Source of the DNA: a bacterium
GTDB taxonomy: Bacteria; Patescibacteriota; Saccharimonadia; Saccharimonadales; HK-STAS-PATE-42
Direction: 5' to 3'
Assembly: GCA_029781075.1 (NCBI GenBank)
Contig: JAKOXJ010000042.1
Span: 1 to 30,401, forward strand
Length of the DNA: 30,401 bases
How positions within the stretch are numbered: the first letter of the stretch is position 1; every line of letters begins with the position of its first letter. Under the pieces are notes generated by a model that was given only the letters and a program-made list of their open reading frames with translations, did no database searches and was not told where the DNA came from. This document shows positions 6,997 to 16,922 of this stretch, one piece after another. A program made the translations under genes and the position numbers.

Positions 6997-7500
6997 ATGG
7001 CTAGAAGAAAACAATTGCCTACAAATGATGACAGCATGTTACTAGAAGATGATTTTGGGGCAGCTTTTTTGGATGAAGAAATAGTACTTGAAGGAGATCA
7101 AGAACCTACCGTAGAAGAGCCTGCAGAAGTTGAAGTGGTTGAAGAAGAAGTTGTAGAGCTTGGCGAGGAAGATGCGCAGCTCGCAGTAGATCTTTACGAA
7201 ACTGAGGAAAAACTTATTCTTAAAGCACGCGTCGCTGGAGTAGATAAGAGCGATATTGATTTAGAGCTTAACGAAGGTGTCATAACTATCAGTGGAGTTC
7301 TTAGTAGCAACGATAGCGATGAGATTACTCAGTACCATCTCCAGGAGTGCTATTGGGGCAAATTTTATCGTCAGGTAAAATTCCCTGTCCCAGTTAAAGA
7401 GGATGAGGATTCTATTGATGCGGTGCTAGATGAAGGAGTTCTAATCCTAACATTTATAAAAGAGAAAACTGACACAGCAAAGAAGATCAGAATTAGTTAG
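6997..7500 (+). CDS. Hsp20/alpha-crystallin small heat shock protein with acidic N-terminal arm
   Basis: AVDLYET...ARVAGV...ECYWGKFYRQVKFP...LDEGVLILT. Confidence 0.9.
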   Translation: MARRKQLPTNDDSMLLEDDFGAAFLDEEIVLEGDQEPTVEEPAEVEVVEEEVVELGEEDAQLAVDLYETEEKLILKARVAGVDKSDIDLELNEGVITISGVLSSNDSDEITQYHLQECYWGKFYRQVKFPVPVKEDEDSIDAVLDEGVLILTFIKEKTDTAKKIRIS

Positions 7501-7530
7501 CTAACTTAATTTAGAATCTCGTATATAAAT

Positions 7531-7551
7531 ACCTCTAAATATAGGGGTTTA
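7531..7551 (+). terminator. Possible weak terminator after Hsp20
   Basis: ACCTCTA-AATA-TAGGGGT stem with G-U pairs; short T-run. Confidence 0.3.
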
Positions 7552-7592
7552 TGTGCATTATAAATCTAATTATATGGGAGATAGGACTAGTT

Positions 7593-7922
7593 ATGAGTTT
7601 AAAACTTAAAGAAATAATAAGAAATAAAGCTAAGTGGCCAATGATAATCATGGTACTAGCATCCATACTATCGCTACCAATGTGGTTAGATGCGACCCTG
7701 GTTAGCTATAGTTACCAGACGTTTGGTGATAGAGTTGGTATATTTTATATATTAAGCCTCGTATTATCTTCGGCAGGTCTTGCCATGGAGGTTTTATTAA
7801 ACAGTAAAGAAGGACGTAGTCGATTATTAATAGTGCTATTAATAATTAACTTCTCAATTTTTATTTATAGTGGATACGTAGTATTATTCCTTGGCTTTAC
7901 GGCACGTACAAGTGGTGCTTAA
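7593..7922 (+). CDS. Hypothetical membrane protein, about 3 TM helices (alternative start 7551)
   Basis: Three hydrophobic stretches; no family recognised. Confidence 0.6.
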   Translation: MSLKLKEIIRNKAKWPMIIMVLASILSLPMWLDATLVSYSYQTFGDRVGIFYILSLVLSSAGLAMEVLLNSKEGRSRLLIVLLIINFSIFIYSGYVVLFLGFTARTSGA

Positions 7923-7928
7923 AAACTA

Positions 7929-10415
7929 TCAATCACCAATTACCTTAATAACTTCTTCTGTGTTAAGGGTTCTTTCTGGGTGATAGAAAGTTATACTAAA
8001 GGTTATCTTTTTTGGTGATTTTGGATCTTTCTGAAAAATAGAGACCGGCTTTATATAAAATTCTGCACCACTCTTATTTGTTGGTTTAGAGATTTTAGAT
8101 ACTAATTCATCTTCGACTTCTTGATACTTTTTATCGGAAGATACTTCTATAGTGACGTCTTGAGTTAGCTCCGGGAACCTATTTAGGGGTTTATAAACTG
8201 GATCTTGATTGAAGTTCTCACTCAAATACCCCAGGTCAAGCTCAAAGCCTGCAGAAGCCTCTGGAAGTTTAAAGCTTTCATATACCTGTGGTGTAAATTC
8301 GCCAATTAGTCCCCGTAGTTGACCATCGATCTCAACTCCAGCTGTTCTGCTAAACTGGAACGGTGAACAAATTGGATGTTTAGACCCGAAAATATCCTGC
8401 TTCATTTCTACTAGCCTGAACTTAGCGCCTAAAGATTTTAGAAGTTCATCTAGATATTTCTTAACTACAAAATATGGCGAACCTTCAGCCTTATCCTTAT
8501 TAGCGTATACAAAGCCAAGATGCTGGTATTCTATTGGTAACTTATCTTTTTTATCTAAGTGGTCTTTTATGTGAGATTTACCCAGCTCGTAAAGAGCAAA
8601 TTCGTCCTCCCCAGACTTAATATTCATATGGACCTTATCGAGTAGGTTGGGGACCATGCTTAGCCTGTACCTTTGCAGGTCAGGACTTAGGGCATTTCTG
8701 ATTTTGTAGGCCATTTCTGGATCCTGACCAGCTTTTCTGATTAGATTCTCGTTAACAAAATTATAAGTTAATACTTCATTAGCCCCATGTCTGGATAAGT
8801 TGTTTCGAATTGCTTTTTTTAGATTAACCATAGGGTTTTCCTGAGCTGGGGATATGCGCCTAATTGGTAACTCGGCTTCGATCTTGTTGAATCCATAAAG
8901 ACGACCGATCTCTTCGATAATATCCTCGTCAATCTCTAGGTCTGTGCGCCAGAAAGGTGGAGTAAAACAGACTTCATCAAGCATCTCGTGAGAATCAATC
9001 TCTACACTATTAAGAATCTTTGAGATCTTCTCTCGATCTAGTTCGAGGCCCAATATCTTATTAACTTTTGAGACTTCGATGTTTAAATGCCTGTACTCAA
9101 ACTTTTTATCGTTTTGGTCGAATACCTCACCATGTTTAGAGTTTGGGTTGAATTCTTTAACTAGATCCATAGCCTTTAACAGGACAACTAGCGTCTGGGC
9201 TTCTGGCTGGCCTTTTGTATAGCGAGTGACGGCATCAGTAAATACGCCAGTCTTCATCGAGGTTCTTCGGATTGAGTACATGTCAAAGCTGGCAGACTGG
9301 AGGATAATCCTCGTAGTATCATTATCTATTTCTGAGTTTGCCCCACCGTTAATCCCCGCAAGATCTATCGGGATATCATCCTTGTATATTGTTATGGCAT
9401 CCTCTGGGAGATCTATATCTTTACCCTGTAGAACTTTGAGCTTATCACCCCTGCTCGGCTTTCTTATTGTTAACTTAGCAACCGAATCATTTTGTTTTAA
9501 CTTATCAAAATCAAAAGCGTGCATTGGCTGGCCAGTCAAGATCATCATGTAGTTGGTAATATCGACTATGTTATTAATTGGACGAATCCCTAAACGAGTT
9601 AAGAAGGCTTTTAGCCACATCGGGCTTGGTGCTATCTTGATGCCTTCTATGCAGACAGCCGTGTAACGTGGGACTAGCTCAGGGATCTTATTATCGATCT
9701 CGAGCTTGAGACTAGATTCTGCTTTGGGAAACTGAGGCTCAAAGTTTTTGTACCACTCGGGTGATTTAAAGTTAATGTTTTGGATCCCAGCGATCTCACG
9801 AGCAACCCCTAAATGCCCAAAACAATCAGGGCGGTGGGTAAACATCTTATTCTCAAAATCAACAATTATGTCATCTAAATCGTAGAGATTTTTGAATGGA
9901 TTGCCTGGTTTTAGTAAAGTATCTTTTACTTCAGGAGATTCAAGCTCAATAACACCTTCATGATCGTTGGAAAGAGAGAGCTCCTTAGGTGTAGCTAGCA
10001 TGCCGCTACTTTCAACTCCCCTAAGTTTTATCTTAGAGAGGATAAAAGGTTCTTTATCATCAAAAGTTGATGGAATGGTTGCTCCCGGCGATACCCAAGC
10101 CGTAGTTAAGCCTTCTCTGGCATTTGGTCCGCCGCAGACTACCTGGACAAAACCATCTTTATCCCGATCGACTTTCTTTGCTGCACCACCATCATCGATT
10201 AGACAAATATTTAGTTTTTCGGCATCGGGATGTTTTTCTACCTTGACTATCTTTACGACATAGACTCCTTCGTAGCGAGCTCCCCAGTCGATGATCTCAT
10301 CAAAAGCTCCGATTTGAGAGTTTAGTTTTTCGGCAAGGTCATGAGCACTAAGCTTTAATATCTTAGAGATATCTACTGATGAATTTTTCTGGCCGAGTTT
10401 GAATGAGTATTTCAT
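7929..10415 (-). CDS. pheT: Phenylalanyl-tRNA synthetase beta subunit
   Basis: HPDAEKL, VCGGPN, RGVESSGML, NRPD-like HRPDC, PINNIVDITNY, GQPMHAFD, DIIEEIGRLYG, FDX-ACB-like end. Confidence 0.97.
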   Translation of the reverse strand: MKYSFKLGQKNSSVDISKILKLSAHDLAEKLNSQIGAFDEIIDWGARYEGVYVVKIVKVEKHPDAEKLNICLIDDGGAAKKVDRDKDGFVQVVCGGPNAREGLTTAWVSPGATIPSTFDDKEPFILSKIKLRGVESSGMLATPKELSLSNDHEGVIELESPEVKDTLLKPGNPFKNLYDLDDIIVDFENKMFTHRPDCFGHLGVAREIAGIQNINFKSPEWYKNFEPQFPKAESSLKLEIDNKIPELVPRYTAVCIEGIKIAPSPMWLKAFLTRLGIRPINNIVDITNYMMILTGQPMHAFDFDKLKQNDSVAKLTIRKPSRGDKLKVLQGKDIDLPEDAITIYKDDIPIDLAGINGGANSEIDNDTTRIILQSASFDMYSIRRTSMKTGVFTDAVTRYTKGQPEAQTLVVLLKAMDLVKEFNPNSKHGEVFDQNDKKFEYRHLNIEVSKVNKILGLELDREKISKILNSVEIDSHEMLDEVCFTPPFWRTDLEIDEDIIEEIGRLYGFNKIEAELPIRRISPAQENPMVNLKKAIRNNLSRHGANEVLTYNFVNENLIRKAGQDPEMAYKIRNALSPDLQRYRLSMVPNLLDKVHMNIKSGEDEFALYELGKSHIKDHLDKKDKLPIEYQHLGFVYANKDKAEGSPYFVVKKYLDELLKSLGAKFRLVEMKQDIFGSKHPICSPFQFSRTAGVEIDGQLRGLIGEFTPQVYESFKLPEASAGFELDLGYLSENFNQDPVYKPLNRFPELTQDVTIEVSSDKKYQEVEDELVSKISKPTNKSGAEFYIKPVSIFQKDPKSPKKITFSITFYHPERTLNTEEVIKVIGD

Positions 10416-10424
10416 ATCTTTATA

Positions 10425-11453
10425 TTAAAACTGCTTTAAAAACTTAAGTTTGGCAGAGTGGAATAAGCGGACATCTTCAACACCGTATTTCATCATAATT
10501 AGTCTCTCTATTCCACAACCAAAAGCAAAACCTGAGTACTTTTTAGAGTCGATGCCAGCCATTTCTAGAACGTTGGGATGTATCATTCCGCAGCCTAAAA
10601 GCTCGATCCAGCCAGACTGTGAACAGATATGACAGCCTTTCTTATCACAGAACGGGCAAGAAAGGGCGAATTCGAAACTAGGTTCTGTGAACGGAAAATA
10701 AAATGGATTGATTCGTGTTTCGACTTCTTTACCGTAATAAGCAGAAAGGAATGTTTTAAGGGTTGCAATGAGATTTCCAACATTAACATCTTTATCAACA
10801 TATACCCCCTCTAGTTGATGAAAGGTGTGCTCATGACGAGCATCAACATCCTCGTTTCTATAGACCCTATCTGGTACGACACCAGCAATTGGGCGACCTT
10901 CTTCTAGATCTGACTTTCTAAGGCTTAGTATTCTACTTTGCATCGTTGAGGTGTGTGCGGGCGCTACAAGTTCTTCTTCCGTTACGAAAGTATCGTAGTC
11001 ATCTCGTGCAGGGTGATCTTCTGGGAAGTTAAGAGATGTGAACATGTGCCAAGCATCATCTAGATTCCTAGATTCGAAGATCTCAAAACCAATTGAATTG
11101 AATATCTCAGATACCTTTTCTATCTCCTGAGAAATTGGATGAATACTACCATTCTGGGCTGGTAAAAGTGATGGTTCTTTGGCATTAATATCAAAGGGTG
11201 CTGTAAGATCGATCGGTCTCAAATCTTCGACTTTTTTTTCATTATCGTCTTTCAGCCAAGATTCAACTTCTTTTTTTAGATCGTTTATAGCCAGACCCAG
11301 CTCTCTCTTCTGTTCTGCAGGAACTTTAGGAAGTAGTGCGTAAAGTTTCTTGAGATGATCGGATTTAAGAATACGAGTTTTATCGTCTAAGTTTTTAAAC
11401 TCAGCCGCAAGTTCTTTTTTGGCCGCTTCGACCTGGCTATTCCAGTCTGACAT
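10425..11453 (-). CDS. pheS: Phenylalanyl-tRNA synthetase alpha subunit
   Basis: HPARDDYDTF, HTSTMQ, FHQLEG, YFPFTEPS, GCGMIHPNVL, GFAFGCGIER. Confidence 0.98.
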   Translation of the reverse strand: MSDWNSQVEAAKKELAAEFKNLDDKTRILKSDHLKKLYALLPKVPAEQKRELGLAINDLKKEVESWLKDDNEKKVEDLRPIDLTAPFDINAKEPSLLPAQNGSIHPISQEIEKVSEIFNSIGFEIFESRNLDDAWHMFTSLNFPEDHPARDDYDTFVTEEELVAPAHTSTMQSRILSLRKSDLEEGRPIAGVVPDRVYRNEDVDARHEHTFHQLEGVYVDKDVNVGNLIATLKTFLSAYYGKEVETRINPFYFPFTEPSFEFALSCPFCDKKGCHICSQSGWIELLGCGMIHPNVLEMAGIDSKKYSGFAFGCGIERLIMMKYGVEDVRLFHSAKLKFLKQF

Positions 11454-11517
11454 TTTTTATTGGTATACAGTTAATTTTAACACTTAGAGCTCCATTTTGT
11501 GCTAGAATTAACTGCAT

Positions 11518-11787
11518 ATGGAAAATGCATTCAACATCTTAGTCATTATTCTAAGTATCTTCTTAGCAATCTTTTTAATCCTTTGGATTATTGTTTTAAT
11601 CTATGCTTGGAAGATAGCTCGGGCAGCTAGAAGAATAACTGATAAAACAGAAACTGCAGTTAATGATGCCGGCACACTTATCAGCAACGCAAAGGATGCA
11701 GTTGCACCAGCAGTTGCTGCTAAAGTTTTGACTAAGGCAATTAAGAACTTTACTAATAAGAGCAAGGTAAAAGTTAAGAAGAAGTAA
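11518..11787 (+). CDS. Hypothetical single-pass membrane protein, 89 aa
   Basis: N-terminal TM helix, amphipathic tail, Lys-rich end; TG-C-TAGAAT 9 nt upstream. Confidence 0.75.
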   Translation: MENAFNILVIILSIFLAIFLILWIIVLIYAWKIARAARRITDKTETAVNDAGTLISNAKDAVAPAVAAKVLTKAIKNFTNKSKVKVKKK

Positions 11788-11788
11788 C

Positions 11789-12061
11789 TTGAGCACCCCA
11801 AGATCCCTTGAAGCCACAATAGATAGGCAGGTAGAAGCACTCTGCATCGCAGAAAAAGCCGGAAAATTAGCTGCCACAATGTTTAATGTACCTGGCGGAC
11901 ACGTAAAAATGCCGGACATTAAAGAACAATATGATTCTCTAATACTAGAGATGAGTGGCTTACCTTTAGATGAAGAGACCAGAAGAGGCGTCTGGGAGCG
12001 CTATGCAAATGTATTTGTCCAAAATAGTATGACATGCGCACCGAGTTATCCTATTGTTTAG
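11789..12061 (+). CDS. Hypothetical protein, 90 aa
   Basis: TTG start 1 nt after the previous stop; no family recognised. Confidence 0.5.
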   Translation: MSTPRSLEATIDRQVEALCIAEKAGKLAATMFNVPGGHVKMPDIKEQYDSLILEMSGLPLDEETRRGVWERYANVFVQNSMTCAPSYPIV

Positions 12062-12075
12062 GAGGGCATACTTTT

Positions 12076-12360
12076 TTATTTTTTTCCTTTCTTTTGTATC
12101 TTGTAGTGTTGCTGGATGAAGAGAAGTTCATCAATAATATCTTGAAGATGGCGGACTTGGAGTTCATCACCTTTTTTTAATTGATCGCTTAACTTATCTA
12201 GTCTAGTTGCTAAAGTTGTAAAGTATTGCCCAGATCGAATTAGCACATCCGTCTCACTCAAATCAGTGAATCTGGCTATATCAGCCAAGAATAACTCGTT
12301 AGTCAGCATAGAATATGTGTCTTTTTCTTTAGTATCACGCATAGATTTTATTCTCTTCAT
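12076..12360 (-). CDS. Hypothetical helical protein, 94 aa, downstream of radC
   Basis: ATG 12360 lies 4 nt after the radC stop; GQYFTTLATRLD...LQDIIDELLFIQQHYKI. Confidence 0.7.
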   Translation of the reverse strand: MKRIKSMRDTKEKDTYSMLTNELFLADIARFTDLSETDVLIRSGQYFTTLATRLDKLSDQLKKGDELQVRHLQDIIDELLFIQQHYKIQKKGKK

Positions 12361-12364
12361 ATTT

Positions 12365-13117
12365 TTATTCTTGAATGAAATTAAGTACACTAGTATAACT
12401 TTTTGATGTAATTATCAGATGATCTAAGAGCTCTACGCCCAAAACATTGCCCGCCTCAACAAGCTGCCTAGTTGTATTAATGTCCGCTTCAGTTGGCTCA
12501 AGACTACCCGATGGGTGATTATGGGCAATGAGCACTGCAATTGCTCCCTGTTCTATGGCGGGCTGGAAGACCTCTCTAGGGTGCACTATATTAGAAGTTA
12601 GGCTACCAACCGAAATAATTTCATCATGAATTATCTGGTACCTACTATTTAAATAAAGTGCACGAAGTTGTTCTTTTTTGCCATACGATATTACCTTTAA
12701 GTGTTCATAGGCTTGCTGTGATGTCTTAATATATGCAGGCTTACCATACTTTTCACTAAAGAACCTTCTACCAATCTCTAGGGCTGCAATTATTTGTGAA
12801 GCCTTACCAACAGGTATATCAACAAGTTCTGCAAACTTTTTTGGACTCAACTCGCTAGTAAGAGCTTTTTCGCCATACTCGCGTAGTATTCTTTGGGCCA
12901 TAGACATTACTTCTTCTTTACGTGTACCTGTACCCAATAAAATTGCGACTAACTCGGCAATGGTTAGGGACTTTGCACCAAGCATATACATCTTCTCTCG
13001 AGGCTTTTGCTCTGTTGGAAGATCCTTAACTTTGATGGTATAGCGACCTGAAGGTATATCACTGTGTGCAAGAGTGATATCATGGTCCGCAAGTCTATAG
13101 GAGTCTGTTTGAGTCAC
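12365..13117 (-). CDS. radC: RadC family JAB/MPN-domain protein
   Basis: KPREKM, ELVAILLGTG, VHPREVF, AHNHPSGSLEPTEAD, LLDHLII. Confidence 0.95.
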   Translation of the reverse strand: MTQTDSYRLADHDITLAHSDIPSGRYTIKVKDLPTEQKPREKMYMLGAKSLTIAELVAILLGTGTRKEEVMSMAQRILREYGEKALTSELSPKKFAELVDIPVGKASQIIAALEIGRRFFSEKYGKPAYIKTSQQAYEHLKVISYGKKEQLRALYLNSRYQIIHDEIISVGSLTSNIVHPREVFQPAIEQGAIAVLIAHNHPSGSLEPTEADINTTRQLVEAGNVLGVELLDHLIITSKSYTSVLNFIQE

Positions 13118-13208
13118 TTAATACCGACTTTCTGGCGTTTAGTTATTTTAACTTAGCGGCCTTAAAAGTTTGTGTGGCTCAATATGCTAAAATAGAGTGT
13201 AATATTTT

Positions 13209-13913
13209 ATGTCGGGACATAGCAAGTGGGCGACAATAAAGCGCCAAAAAGATGTTAAGGACTCCAAACGTGGAGCCCTGTTTACACGTATTGGTAACCA
13301 AATTGCCATGGCAGCTCGTTCTGGGACTGATCCAGCAACAAACCCTAGTCTAGCTGCAGTAATTGAGAAGGCTAAGTCTGCCAACATGCCAATGAGTAAC
13401 ATCGAACGAGCAATTAAACGAGTAGCTGATAAAGATGCCGCTCAACTGGAGGAAGTCTTGTACGAAGGTTACGGGCCAGCTGGAGTAGCCGTTATGGTTG
13501 AGTGTGCAACAGATAATAAGAACAGGACTTACCCGGAAGTTAAGCATGCTTTTTCTAAGTTTGGTGGTAATATCGCTGAAGGTGGAGCAGTCGCCTTTCA
13601 ATTTGAGAGGCAAGGAGTTATTGTGGTTAAAGCCTCTGGAGAAGACGCGCTTCTAGAGGTTTTAGAAGCTGGAGCGAATGATGCCAGTGAAGAAGAAGAT
13701 ATTATTGTTGCTTACACCGACCCAAAAGATCTTCACAGTGTTAAAGCAAAGCTGAATGAATCTGGTTTAGAAACTGAAAGTGCCGAACTTAGCTGGCAGC
13801 CTAAGAATACTGTGCCTATGGACGAAGAAGCTCAGACTAAACTAGAAAAGATCATTGATGCTCTTGAAGATCTACAGGACGTTGTAAATGTCAGTCATAA
13901 TGGCGGTGATTAG
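13209..13913 (+). CDS. yebC: YebC/PmpR family protein
   Basis: MSGHSKWATIKRQK, YEGYGPAG, TDNKNRT, EDLQDVVNVSHN. Confidence 0.97.
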   Translation: MSGHSKWATIKRQKDVKDSKRGALFTRIGNQIAMAARSGTDPATNPSLAAVIEKAKSANMPMSNIERAIKRVADKDAAQLEEVLYEGYGPAGVAVMVECATDNKNRTYPEVKHAFSKFGGNIAEGGAVAFQFERQGVIVVKASGEDALLEVLEAGANDASEEEDIIVAYTDPKDLHSVKAKLNESGLETESAELSWQPKNTVPMDEEAQTKLEKIIDALEDLQDVVNVSHNGGD

Positions 13914-14874
13914 AAAGCTCACTCTTAACCTCTTCTACTGTTTTACAATTCATCAATTTTACTCTTAGGTCTGATGCGCCATCGAAGTCTCGAATGTATA
14001 CCTTAAAGAAGCGTTTGAGGGGATCAAACTTCTTTTGGGGGTTTAACCTGACTTCTTCTTCGAAAAGGTCTAGGTGACAATTTAGGAGTTCCAGTAGCTC
14101 TTTTTTTGATTCTGGTAGCGATAAATCTAGGGGATCTTCTCTAAAGCATGTAATGTTTTGGAATATTCCTCGACCGATCATTACCCCATCCAGATTGTGC
14201 TTTTTAACTAATTCTTCACCATGCTTACGAGTCATGATGTCACCGTTACCAATAATTAGAGTCCTTGGAGCGACCTTATCTCTTAATTTAACTATGTCAG
14301 AAAAAAGCTCATGGTGGGCCGGAACTTTGGACATCTCCTTTTTGGTCCGGGCATGGATTGTTAGAGCGTCGATGTTTTGTCTTAAGAGATGAGTAATCCA
14401 CCCTTCCCATTCATCAACTTTAGAGTAGCCCAAACGAGTCTTAACGGAAACAGGTAGCCCACCGGCCTTGGCTGCCTGGATCATCTCTGCAGCGAGTTCA
14501 GGATGGAGTATCATCGCCGAACCAGAGGCATGCTTGGTGGCAGTTTTAACAGGGCAACCCATATTAAGATCAATCCCATCAAAGCCCATCTTTTTTAAAG
14601 CTTTTGACATCTTTTCGAGATTATCTGGGTTAGATCCCCAAACTTGTGCAATCAGAGGCTTTTCTGACCTTGTAAAAGAGAGTCTTCGACCAACCACTTT
14701 TTTCCCCTCAGAGTTCCAGCCTTCGACATTTGTAAACTCGGTGAAGAATAGATCTGGACGTCCGGCCTTAATAACAACTCTTCTGAAGACCGTATCTGTT
14801 ACGGCCTCCATTGGTGCAAGCACAAAAAGTGGCTTTGGCAACTTCTGCCATACTATTTTCCTATTAAATATCAT
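13891..14874 (-). CDS. tRNA-dihydrouridine synthase (DusB/DusC family)
   Basis: LAPMEAVTD, GIDLNMGCP, PVSVKTRLG, LTIHART, GNGDI, GVMIGRG. Confidence 0.95.
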   Translation of the reverse strand: MIFNRKIVWQKLPKPLFVLAPMEAVTDTVFRRVVIKAGRPDLFFTEFTNVEGWNSEGKKVVGRRLSFTRSEKPLIAQVWGSNPDNLEKMSKALKKMGFDGIDLNMGCPVKTATKHASGSAMILHPELAAEMIQAAKAGGLPVSVKTRLGYSKVDEWEGWITHLLRQNIDALTIHARTKKEMSKVPAHHELFSDIVKLRDKVAPRTLIIGNGDIMTRKHGEELVKKHNLDGVMIGRGIFQNITCFREDPLDLSLPESKKELLELLNCHLDLFEEEVRLNPQKKFDPLKRFFKVYIRDFDGASDLRVKLMNCKTVEEVKSELSNHRHYD

Positions 14875-14932
14875 TACTATTGATTATACCAGGGAAGATG
14901 ATGCGAATGTGTTAGAATTAGCATAAACATTT

Positions 14933-15949
14933 ATGGGTAGTAACTCTAAGAATAATTCTAGTAAAGGTACTTTCTCTAAGATCAAAAGAGAAGTAAGACT
15001 AATGTATCGAGAGTTTTCTGGCTGGATAAAGCAGAAGGTTGCAAATAGAAAAATAGAGGGCTCGCCAAGATCTTTTAGGAAGAAGAAACGGACTAAAACA
15101 AAAAGTATAGAGAAGAGCTCTAGGCTAATTAAAGAAAGTCTGAAGTTTGTTGGTGAGCACTGGAAGACCTTAGGATTAATACTACTTGCTTATATCGGGG
15201 TTTACTTTGTCCTGGCTTACGCCACGCCTAATATAAATTTGCAAAGTATATTTAATGAGGCTAGCCAAGCTGGAGCCAAGCCAGGGATAGCAAGTAAACT
15301 GGAGACCTTGACCGGGGCTTTATTCACCTACCGTAGTGAAGCAACGGACTTTGCCAGATGGGCTCAGTTCTTTTTGGCAGTTATCTTCAGTATTATATTT
15401 ATCTACGCTATTAGGAACCTACATAGAGGCACACCTACTAGGGCTAGGGACGCCCTATATAGTGGTACCGTTAACTTGATACCATTTGTGCTGGGCATAT
15501 GTTTGATCGCCATAGAATTAATACCATTTACTCTTATTGGGGTAAGTTATAACCTTGGTATGTCCAGGGGGTTATTTATTGGAGCCTTGGAGAAATATAC
15601 GGCCGTAGTAGTTCTAGTCCTCGCAGGACTATTGACCTTCTGGTTTATTCCTACGGCAATTATTTCTCTTTATGCGGTTACTGTCCCTGGAGTGTATCCC
15701 TCAAAAGCAATGCAGGCAGTTAGGATAATGGTTAGTAACAGAAGACTGGAAGTTGTTAGGCATCTGACCGTATTTGTTCTGTTTATCTTTGTCAGCTATA
15801 TGGTCCTACTCCTTTTACTGGTTACATATCTCCCTCGCTTTGCTAACCTGAGCCTAGATTTATTCTTTTTAACTGCACTACCACTTATACATGTAATGAT
15901 GTACAAGCTCTACCTGCGGTTGCTAGAAGGCGCTCAAAAACAATCTTAA
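14933..15949 (+). CDS. Multi-pass membrane protein of unknown function
   Basis: Basic N-terminal region, then about 6-7 hydrophobic helices. Confidence 0.75.
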   Translation: MGSNSKNNSSKGTFSKIKREVRLMYREFSGWIKQKVANRKIEGSPRSFRKKKRTKTKSIEKSSRLIKESLKFVGEHWKTLGLILLAYIGVYFVLAYATPNINLQSIFNEASQAGAKPGIASKLETLTGALFTYRSEATDFARWAQFFLAVIFSIIFIYAIRNLHRGTPTRARDALYSGTVNLIPFVLGICLIAIELIPFTLIGVSYNLGMSRGLFIGALEKYTAVVVLVLAGLLTFWFIPTAIISLYAVTVPGVYPSKAMQAVRIMVSNRRLEVVRHLTVFVLFIFVSYMVLLLLLVTYLPRFANLSLDLFFLTALPLIHVMMYKLYLRLLEGAQKQS

Positions 15950-16000
15950 CAACACCTGATTATTTAGTAGCCCACTAAGTGTTATGCTTAGTGTTAAGTT

Positions 16001-16897
16001 ATGGCACAAAATATATCGCTTCAGACATGTCCAGGCTTTTACCGTGGATTGTTAGATATAGAAAATGATGGCAGCGCCCAAGTTAGCTCTTTTACGATAC
16101 TCAACCCCTTTGAAACTACAGAAGCTACACCTCTTGATAGACCTAAAGCAGGAAGATACGACATTGTATTGAAGAGTACTGATACAGTACCAGGTTTTGA
16201 GCTTGTCTCCACATTCCCTGACGATAACCAGGAAGAAGTAAGATGGGAAGAAAGGAATGGGGATAGAATCGAAACACCATCATATGCTTCTTGCACCTTC
16301 GACTCACGAGCGAATATTGGTGGCTCGGCAAAAGTAGAACAAACCTTAAAATATATAGTTGATTCAGGTGGTGTTGGGGGGCCTAGATTTAGTGCACAAC
16401 TCAGAATTCATAACTCCCCTAGGGGAGGTCAAGTCGCTGTCTTACCTGTCTTCAAGGCTATTATAGATGGCTTGAATTTGGTAGATGGTAGTGATTTGTT
16501 TGATAGAGATCATACAATTATACCTGGTAGTTTTATGGAGGACCCGTTTACAATACCCCTGGGGCCACCTAGGAGAGCATACTATGATGAAAGCCCAATT
16601 GACGGATGGTATGACACCGATGCGGACAAACCGGAAGAGTATACTTATGCCCTATGGCTAACGACCAACACTGAGTCCTACGGCAACAGACACCCAATTT
16701 TAGCAAGCTTTGAACAACTTGGGAGGGATAGTTGTTTGTTAACAGCTGTACCAACATCAACCGTTAGTCCTCAGGAATGTAGAGTTAGGGTGTTGGATCC
16801 AGGAGAAATGATAAGTTATGGTGTCTCTTTTAATATCGCAGAATCAGGAGATGTTCCCTTGAGATTCCCAGCTCGCTCTACCACTGTTAAAGCCTAG
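16001..16897 (+). CDS. Hypothetical protein, possibly a degenerate galactose-mutarotase-like fold
   Basis: 298-aa beta-rich ORF with LW-T and L-PGE-ISYGVSF end motif; fold call is weak. Confidence 0.55.
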   Translation: MAQNISLQTCPGFYRGLLDIENDGSAQVSSFTILNPFETTEATPLDRPKAGRYDIVLKSTDTVPGFELVSTFPDDNQEEVRWEERNGDRIETPSYASCTFDSRANIGGSAKVEQTLKYIVDSGGVGGPRFSAQLRIHNSPRGGQVAVLPVFKAIIDGLNLVDGSDLFDRDHTIIPGSFMEDPFTIPLGPPRRAYYDESPIDGWYDTDADKPEEYTYALWLTTNTESYGNRHPILASFEQLGRDSCLLTAVPTSTVSPQECRVRVLDPGEMISYGVSFNIAESGDVPLRFPARSTTVKA

Positions 16898-16922
16898 CTT
16901 AAGTTTGTTATAATTAAGATAA

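Noticed and set aside
10600-10670. CPFC...CHIC motif in PheS
   Set aside because: This Cys-rich insert before GWIE is common in bacterial PheS.
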